A model generated the notes under the pieces. The model had not been told where the DNA came from. It did not search any database and saw only the letters and a program-made list of their open reading frames with translations. DNA of 64,000 bases from Octopus vulgaris (Eukaryota), in the NCBI GenBank assembly GCA_951406725.2, contig OX597825.1:87854001-87918000 (forward strand). Direction: 5' to 3'. This document shows positions 54,977-64,000 of this stretch, piece after piece. The position numbers and the translations under genes are program-made. Every line of letters begins with the position of its first letter. Position 1 is the stretch's first letter.

Positions 54977-56914
54977 GCGTGTAACTGAAAATACAGTCCT
55001 GCAGGGATGCATCTGCAACAATATTTCTGGTCATTCCTGCTAAAATAATGTAGCTCAGTTCTTTCCTAAATGTAGATCAGGTCTACAGAGAATATCATGG
55101 AAAACGTGAATTTATCATATACAAGTTCCATCGTAGTCAAAGTGAGCTGAAGCAACGGCAATAGAGATCAAAAACTATGGTCTCAGTGTTGTATAATTTA
55201 AAGAAATATGTTGGCTGAATATTTAGCGAAAATAATGTAAATAACAGTATAAAACGCTGGTATGTAGAAGGCATTTATTTGAAGGGACAATTGGGATCAT
55301 ATATAAACAAGCATATAGATACTGATATATTTCTTGATTCATCAATGAATAGAAACTAAAATTCTACATTTCTTTTTTTTAATTTTTTACAGTAATATTG
55401 TGCAGGGCTTAAACAAGAAAATGTGTTCTTTGCAGCACGTGGAGATTCACTGTTTCAGACTAAAACTTACATTTCGAAACTGCTTCTCAAAATCAGAAAA
55501 AAGTTGTTTATTTGTGAATCTATTATTCGTTATAATTATCTAAGTTATATTTTCAGTCCACTCGTAGATAAATTATGTTAATTTTATGTTTGCATATTTG
55601 ATTTTATATTAGTATATATTAATTTTCAATTTGCAAATGCCATTTGTTGCGTCTTAATAATGGTCGCAGTAATGGTTTGGTTTTCTTCTCGAAAGGCGTA
55701 GAATTTTCACACAAAATATGATTAAAAGAATTTGCTTACGTCTTATGCCCTTGATAAATATTGTATTTAGAGATTTGCGATCTTATGGCATCCACCTGAT
55801 ATCCAGTTGTTCTCTCTTCTTGCATTTAGGATTCTACTTGTGCAAATATGAGAAATCACAATTGTCAAGCGTCTGCCTGTTTTGTTACGAAACATCTCGG
55901 CCATGTTAATAACTCTTGCTGCTGACATTTTATCCAGTTTTTCTCTTACAGATGAGGTTGCATTGATTTTCTATTTAATTTTCAACTACTTGATAAAATC
56001 GAACCGTTTACGTTCTTCATCGAACCGCTGTCGCTTTTAATCCCTATGGATTCTTTGAGATTTAGCAAGGATCAATTGTTCCATGCGTTGTTTCACTTCT
56101 TCTATTTCTTCTTGTGTGATTTATTTGTGTAATTCTTGTTTCCATTTTTAGTCATGTCTTTTCGCTATTGATTATATCAAGGAATCAGAGATATTTTCTC
56201 TTGTTTTCTAACAATTCTTCATGTCACGTTTTCACCTTTGTTTAGACTTTGACTTTACAATGATGTGCAAACTTTTCTATGAAACTAACATGGCCAGTGT
56301 ATATATTTCTTCCTCTACACTTGGCTGTACTGACTTCTAGTCTAACTCTTAATAAAATATATAACAACAAAGTTCCAAGTCAGTTTATTTTATTATTGAT
56401 CATTGGTTCACAGAAAGATTTTCAAACATTTTTATCACACTTATTTTATAATAATCATATTTTTCATTCTTAGTATGTACTGTCCTAAATTTTTTTTCGT
56501 ATTCACTTTTTTTATTATTTCCGGCGTACGTTGCAAGAATAATTTTGTATTTTCATTTTGTTAGTAGTATGTATCTTTAAAATAAGCATGTATAACAGAA
56601 ATATATTATGTCTTCAAAATTTTACTATATCATACATTTTGAATATAATTATCTTTCCTGTTTTTGTGGGGGCGAATTTAATGAGTTTAGTTTTGACATC
56701 AAACCTATTCTGTTGGTTTGTTTACGAATAACGATCAATGTCAATATTACAACTGATTAATTATATGTTGTTAAGATGAATAAAACTAACAAGACTTACT
56801 TCCTGTTTAACCTCTTTCCGGTAACCCTGGGGAAAATAAAACATTTCCTTATATTATAGGATTGAATCCAATAATGGTGAGAGCAAGTGGGAAATTCCTT
56901 GCGATATTTTTTCT

Positions 56915-57530
56915 GGCTATTTCTGTGTTGAGTTCAAATCCCAGCGCAGCTAACTTTGCTTTTATTTTTCTTCTGAAGAACCGGGGTCAGTGTTATTGAT
57001 TCACCTATCGCTTCAAAAGTTGCTGGTTTTGCACCTAAATCCGCACCGGCAGAATCATTAGCCATTATTTCTTCCAGCATCACATTCTGAGTTGAAATGC
57101 CAATGAGGACGACTTTGCCTACCGTCCTCTCAGGATTGATAAAATAAGGTACCAGTCAAGAATAGGGGTCGATGTAATTAAATTGCTCCTTCCTAAAAAG
57201 GGTTTCATGCCTTCTATCTATACTAGAATGGATTATTGAGGATGCATGGCCTTGTGGCAAGAGTGTTGAATTCATGATCCTGAGATCCTGAGATCAATTC
57301 CTACACAGTGCACTACGCTGTGTTCTTGGCCAAAATGCTTCATCTCACCTCGATCTGCAATCACTTCGCCACCTGGCACGTGGTACACTGTGCACCTGTT
57401 CGGACAACATCGCTTTGATGGAAGCAGGGAACTAATGTACACTACACACCTTTGATCCCAATAAACAAATCGTTTTGGGCAGGTCGTTCGGCTAAGTCTG
57501 GACACTCATACGACGCCTTCGACCGGAGAG
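56915..57530 (+). mobile_element. Cluster of degenerate SINEs (two family A, one family C-like)
   Basis: GAGTTCAAATCC, GACTTTGCC..GATAAAATAAGGTACCAG, and a tRNA-like head at 57243. Confidence 0.6.
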
Positions 57531-58192
57531 TCTATCATTATCATAATAAGAACAATGATCATAATTATTGCTGTTGTTGTTGTTTTGTTGGAGGGTGGTG
57601 TTTGTTGCTAATAATTGCATTATTGTTGCTTTGTTTTATACGAATTGTTACAAGTTTCACTCAGATATGTCTATTAACAGCACAACCGACGTTTTACTAC
57701 GGCCGTTATTTATGATAAGCCATGTCTTAAGGTACAAAATGGAGAATAAACTGTGAGCAATAAGATTCCGTTCAACATGTAATTTGACAGTTTTCAAAGA
57801 GTTTTAAGAGAATCAGATATTTTCAAGTTGAAAATGTTTTTCTTGGGACGTGGCAAGTAATGGCGGGAACATATTTTTTTCTTTCTGATACGTTTAGGTT
57901 TTCTGGCATTTATCTATTGTGTTTTAGAGCAACATTTAGTATTTGTCCCAAACCTCCGATCATCATTCTTATACATGTTACCATATGCAGCCTGTATTTC
58001 AAAGTTCTTCTGCTTGCCTAACTTTACAAATGCCTTCAGAGAAGCGTTCCAGCCAGTTAGGGTTGTCATTCTCATGAACATACATATTTACTCAAAGTCT
58101 GTGGCCCCACCTATTCCCATATGACAGACAGTTTAGACTTACGGGGGCGTATGATCAAATACTGGCCAAGTCTATCATGGCGATGATGATGG

Positions 58193-58499
58193 TTCTTCTT
58201 CTTCTTCTTCTTCTTCTGCTCCTCCTCCTTCTTCTTCTTCACCCCTTCTCCTCTTTCTTCTTCTTCTTCTTCTTCTTTTCGTCCTCCTTCTCGTCTTTCT
58301 TCTTCTTCTTCTTCTTCTTCTTCTTCTTCTTCTTCTTCTTTTCGTCCTCCTTCTCGTCTTTCTTCTTCTTCTTCTTCTTCTTCTTCTTCTTCTGCTCCTC
58401 CTCCTTCTTCTTCTTCTTCACCTCCTTCTCCTCTTTCTTCTTCTCCTCCTCCTTCTCGTCTTTCTTCTTCTTCTTCTTCTTCTCCTTCTCCTTCTCCTT
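58193..58499. repeat. Compound (CTT)n/(CCT)n polypyrimidine tract
   Basis: Direct reading; recurring CCTCCTTCTCGTCTTTC interruptions. Confidence 0.97.
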
Positions 58500-60384
58500 A
58501 ACAATGCTGCCAAACCATTTACTCTGAACCACGAGGAAAATGAAATACATGATACAATAGAACTGCTAGTATTGTTTACGTGGCAAGAACCGGAAGCATA
58601 GTGACACACAATCCTAGATAATCTGCGAGAAGGAACACACAGGATGCAGTCATTAATATTGCTACGTTGCAACAATGATACTTGTAAATGAAACGGATGA
58701 CAGATGCACAATGGTCGCTTGTCGTGTGACTTTGTGGTGTACGTGGCAGTGAAGTATGCAAGAGATGGCAGAAACGTCAACGTAGCCAGCCGTGAGCAAT
58801 GTGTAGAGACGTATTCGATCGGAACCTATCAATTGCTTCTACTAACGAGATTAACGTTTTTTCCTTACAGCTGCATTATCATTGCAACTGGAAAGCGTTT
58901 TGAAAATGAGGAATTTCTCGTTAAAGAAGATAAGAATCACTAACATAAAAGAAAAGAGTGAAGGCCATATTAAAATAAGGAATTGATACATTAAATACCG
59001 AAGCAAGTAAGATAGGTAAGTAGATACTGCTTCCATGATAATTAGGAAGAATGTGAGTCACATGATGCGTAAGTAAAAGATAACCAACTAAGAAACATCA
59101 CTTGAAACATTAGAACGGAAAGATTAACCAATATCCGTATTAAATTATAGTAAAAACAGAACAAAAATAAAAGACAAAAACAAAATAAAACTTGAGAATA
59201 AACAAAGAATGTTCTTCACAATTCCATGTTTGAAAGTAACTCATGCATCGTTGTGTGCGACGATATGTCATAACATCAGAGTTGCATATCTATTACTTAG
59301 CAAAATAAAAAAAAAAACGAAATCGTTGAAAAAAATCCATTCTGAACAACAAATCTTTATTATGTTAGATTGTTAAAACGCTTACTTCGGAATACAGTAT
59401 ACTTAATAAGACACAACCATCTCTGACCGCCCACTACGTACTCTGGTACTCCACGTACTTCTCTTTACTTTTAGTGACTAGGTTATTCCATTCGTCTGGT
59501 GGGTGGGTACCATTTTTACCAATTGCCTACAACAAATGTATATACAACAATAATCACAGCTGAGTTCCCCTGCACAAAAGAAATTTTGTCATTACCTAAA
59601 ATGATTTCAGGATTTGGAAATCAGAAAATGAAAACATGATAGCGATTATAAAGAATACTGAATAACTGTGTGAATGACTGGTACCTATTTAGATGTGAGC
59701 TGTGCTCGATTTTCACCGCATATGGAAAAATAACGAAATTAAAGTTCAAAAGTAGAAAATAAAGAACAAAAGTAGAAAGCAATTAAAAACGGAATCAAAA
59801 AGATTCAATGTAAACAAATAAAAAGGAAAACCAACAAAATGATCAATCCGGTTTGACCTGCAAAATATTGATTTGATCAGTAATAACAGAAGCAGATCTA
59901 AAGAAAACAGACAACAATATCGACATGAAAATGACCATCTGATAGAAATGGTGACAATCATATGAAAAAACGGAGACAGGAATTAAGATGTTTTCTTCAG
60001 ATGTCAAAACAATATAGCCACGAGAAAATACCAAAAGCAATGGAAATGATAGACAGACTGCTCTAAACATATATATTATTAGAAAGAAACATCTCACCTC
60101 AATGGAAACCGCAAATCAAAGTGAACGTCTCCTCAAAATCTCCATCCGAGCGAATTCCTACCCACGCAAATACTGTAATGGAATATTTTTATTGGTGTAT
60201 AATATATAGCAAACTTTATTTACTTAAGTCGAAAGCAGAAATTGTTTACTGAATTCATTTCCGACATCGAGGAAAAGAAATGTGTTTTTCTGTCTCGTAC
60301 ACAACAGGGAAAAGGATGGACATCCATGGAACGTTTTCAGATTTTTTCACGTTAGTCATTTATTAATTCCATAGAAGTACAAAC

Positions 60385-60590
60385 CTCCAATTTCCCTCAC
60401 AGTAGGATCCTATACCTTCAATGCTATTGTTTTAGCACTCCAGTTACTTCTTGAATGTTCAATGGAAGTGCTCCGAAGCGAAGATGTCTAGGGGCCTTGT
60501 CATAACCTCCTTCATCTTCAAAACGACTTCCCATTTTCACCGTCAACTTAAGAAACATTCAACAGTCATTCGGGCAACACCTTACCGGAA
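60385..60590 (-). mobile_element. Mariner transposase C-terminal remnant
   Basis: Minus strand: P..PND..MFLKL...GSRFED, then MKEVMTRPLD.F...F..F.K.LE..N..IE..GSY.EG, matching the YSPDLAP.D..G.YFE region. Confidence 0.7.
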
Positions 60591-62010
60591 TTAATCGACA
60601 GGAGTGATTATTTTTACAAAAAAAAAATAAACAACTTATAAAATTCTAGATAATGATTCGATTCCATAAATATAAGTTCCGTTACAACTGTAGCTGAAAC
60701 TGATGTGCAATTGTTTGAGAATTGATTATCAGAAACCTTTTAACAATTGTTGCTCACCGGCTGATTGTCGGAATATTCACTCCGGAAATCAAACATGCCA
60801 TACATACATACAATGTAATCAAATATAGACCTAGTACTATCAAAAGGGTAACATTCCAAGATGACTTTCACTCTCTGTCTCTCTCCTCGCTTCACATCTT
60901 TCCGGTGGTGACTGAAAATGCCGCCAATGCCAGTATTATTGGGCGACAATCAACCCTATGAAAATATGGTGATAAAAAAATGAATCAGAACGCTGCAGAT
61001 GAAAAATATAACAAGCGAATGCACTCGCTGCCCATTTAGAAGGGTTAAGTAACACACACACACTTTTACTTCTGAGTGAAATGAATATATCTACTCAACC
61101 ATACCCTTCAATCTGAGGCTCACAATTGCGTTCATTCTTCTTTTACTATTCTCAGTCGTATGAACTAGATGGTTAAATATCTTTCATACTCAGAGCTATC
61201 CAACAAACTCATTCATCATCTTCCCTCATCAAGATTAAGTCTTAAAACTCAGACTCCCCATCGACGGTTATGTTTGACAGTAATAAATGGAAAATCACTT
61301 CCAATCAACTTGTTTCTTATATGACCTACAGTCGCTCAAACGAAAAGGAATTCACATTCATCCATACAGTGTAAACGTGCCTACGACGAATTTGCTCAGT
61401 GGATGCTTTGGATAATTTATTAAATAATCTGTAGATGGGAAAAGAAGTAATAAAGATTTAGAGGAATTAAAAGCAAGGCAAAGAGATGATTTGGAAATGT
61501 GTAGAGAAATTGAAACTATGTAGGACATGATAGGAATATTTGAAAAAATATTATAAAAGTAATATAGCCATATTTAATTAATATTGGAAAACAGGCAGCA
61601 TTCTAAACATTAAAAATTCTAACTAAGATTATCCTCGTAAAAGAACGCGAATTTGCGCAGTAGAAAGGCTGATGTAAGAATATGAGGACGTGGATATCAT
61701 GGCAAAAAGAAAATGAGTAAACTATAACAAACAAAGACAGATAAACAGAATCTACGTTGCCAGGCAAGAATGGATGAAGAATGGCGTGAAAGGTGGCGTG
61801 AAAGGAGCTACAATGCTCACGACAAATTTGTATAGGGTACGGCAAGGAATTTTTGATATGAAGAGATACGCAGTAGAGAGAGGATACGTGATAAAAGTTA
61901 ATCGCTTCCATTGATTATCGGAAACGATTTACAATACGCCGTCTTTTCAAGCATAGGTAAAGACACATACATAAATTCATACATACATAGATACACACGC
62001 ACACACACAC

Positions 62011-62107
<97 letters not shown>

Positions 62108-62143
62108 GCAAAAGAGGGGGTATATTTTCTCGTAGGAAAAAAT

Positions 62144-62501
62144 ATAGGCGAATTTGTTGTTGAAAATGCACCTAAATTTGAAAAACTTGAAAAATTATTT
62201 TAAAATAAATTTATTTACTTATATACCAAATTAGTTTCAACAATTTGTTTTTGCTTATCAATGGTAACACTTTAGAATTGTTAATTAGAAAAATATGTTT
62301 ATATTTGTCTGCGATGGACATTTAAACTTGTCAACATTGAAGCTTTTAAACATGTCTTTTTAATTAATAATTCTAAATTTTTACCATTGATAAGCAAGAA
62401 ATATTGTTGAAACTAGTTTGGTGTGTATGTAAATAATTCTATTTTAAAACAATTACAAGTTTTTCGAATTGAAGTGCATTTTCAACGACAAAATTGCCTA
62501 T
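62144..62501. repeat. Long imperfect inverted repeat (arms 62144-62301 and 62347-62501)
   Basis: Arms align as reverse complements along their length; 45-nt spacer; flanked by TA-rich tracts. Confidence 0.9.
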
Positions 62502-62515
62502 GTATGTATATATGT

Positions 62516-63120
62516 AAAATTTAGATTCAGATGAATTAGGTACTTAAGTTGAGACACCAGAATTTAGTACGGTATTATCCATAGTTTCAAAATAAGGTGA
62601 TTAAAATCAAAATAAACAAGGATATCCAGAGATAATGCAGTACGATCGTTTGAAGCGACTCCATTTAATTGAACAATGCAATCATTACATCAATTTAAAT
62701 GCAGGGCAATCCTCAGCCGCATAAATACATAGAATTAAATTAAAACAGGTGGACGCATTAGTATAATTTTACCTAAAACTTCGAAGAAGGTAAGGAGATC
62801 GACAAAGATCGTGCTGTCTTCATTTCAGCTTAGAAGCTACTAAGGTATCAGGAAAAAAGAATCGTTAAGGATCTAGCTTGTTACTGTTTGGGGGGCAGTT
62901 TTAATTTATAGTCTTGTATATCTTTGTATATCAAAATCTAAGGCCAAGGAACAAGGAGCAGTGTCTGTTTGGAAAGGGGCTGAGGGAGACAAAGGGTTAT
63001 AACAGGTACGTTTCAAGTGTGGTAGAGTGGATATTTATATTTAGTAGTTTATGAAACTTATGTCGAGTTGGAAAAATATTCTTTCTATTCTGGTTGCAGA
63101 ATCCCACCAAAGATTTGTAA
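62516..63120 (-). mobile_element. PLE-type relic, homolog of 4096-4735, with decayed hammerhead (62635-62722)
   Basis: Minus strand: ATGCGG CTGAGGA TTGC..GCTT CAAA CGATCG TA CTGCAT. Right boundary approximate. Confidence 0.65.
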
Positions 63121-63577
63121 TATAAGATAAAATGAGATTGAAATGAAATGGATCCTATTCATGTTATCTCAATCTCATTTTAACACTTTTTCGGAAATGG
63201 TGAAGTGATGGAAAATTATGGTTATGATAGTCATACATTTCACTTGTTTATTACGAATGGAAGTTCAAGTCTAAACATATGAAGTGGATTAATTTCTTCA
63301 CTGAGTTTCCAAGCAAATATAGCTCTGTGAAAGCGTCGCAAATTTTCATCGTCAGAATAAAAAAAAAAAGAAACATGGAAAATGCATCTCGAACGGCAGC
63401 TTCAAGGCTAGTATATATACACACGCTACTAATTGTGTGTGTGTGTGTGTTGCGTGTGTGTAAGTGTTGTGTGTGTGTGCGTGTGTGTGTTTGTGTGGGC
63501 GTGTGTGTTTGTGCGTGCGTGTGTGTGTGTGTGTGTGTCTTTGTGTGTGTTTGTGTGTGTGTGTACTAGTGGGTATG

Positions 63578-63800
63578 TATACAAAGTGTCTATAGTCGCA
63601 TCCATTCATTGGTTTGTGGCCATAATTCTAGAATTTATTCACTGCGAAGTACACCAACGTGTTGTTGTGGTTGGGCGAGGTGCAGCATCCAGCGGCACAC
63701 ACAGTGGCGAAATTCATGAACGCAAAGCTGAAGCCATGGTTTGTCGGTGATATTCAAACTCACGTTGAAATCACGTTAAGTTTGTTTCTTCAATCAAGGT
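63578..63800 (-). mobile_element. Possible Tc1/mariner-superfamily remnant
   Basis: TA+CAAAGTGTC end; minus strand has QREFE..VHEFR..LDAAPRPTTT, loosely like an HTH/GRP linker. Confidence 0.3.
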
Positions 63801-64000
63801 TGAGATAAACCAAGACTGTTTAAAAGCATTTATATATATGTATTAATACTCTCTAGACATTGTAGGGCGATGTTTGCAAATGTTTTGCTATAAAAGGTAG
63901 GATTAAAAACCAATTTTATAAATCTACGGAATGACTAACTCTTCATTAAAATGAAATCGAAAAGATTTTTATGGACACAAAATTCATCGTATTTGGTATT

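Noticed and set aside
55700-56350. Possible very old R4/Dong-like remnant (ISGGCHKIA on minus); similar hints at 59750-60100
   Set aside because: Motifs too short and frameshifted to support by eye.
58177-58780. Poly-K/E, poly-F/S and poly-R ORFs
   Set aside because: Products of the (CTT)n tract.

Overview
AT-rich, microsatellite-saturated eukaryotic DNA with no recognisable host protein-coding exon; it is probably intergenic or a large intron. The SINE families look like those of octopus/coleoid cephalopods (recognised from memory, not searched). Most listed ORFs are translations of (TA)n, (CA)n or (TATC)n tracts. Real content: many tRNA-derived SINEs (some as multimers), decayed CR1-like, RTE-like and R4/Dong-like LINE fragments, Tc1/mariner remnants, a hAT end, a Helitron-like 3' end, a 16-bp minisatellite with a 112-bp higher-order period, and many Penelope-like element (PLE) relics. 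The main signal is about a dozen minimal type I hammerhead ribozyme (HHR) motifs, each with a short, ideally palindromic helix III. One is fully canonical (24117-24204), one has a compensatory U3-A8 core, and two diverged copies covary in helices I and III. Five long fold-back inverted duplications accompany them. One element joins a tRNA-like Pol III head to an HHR-bearing PLE-type tail, a candidate Penelope-mobilised ribozyme SINE. HHRs in PLEs are already known; the chimeric SINE and the family-specific palindromes are the parts that may be new.
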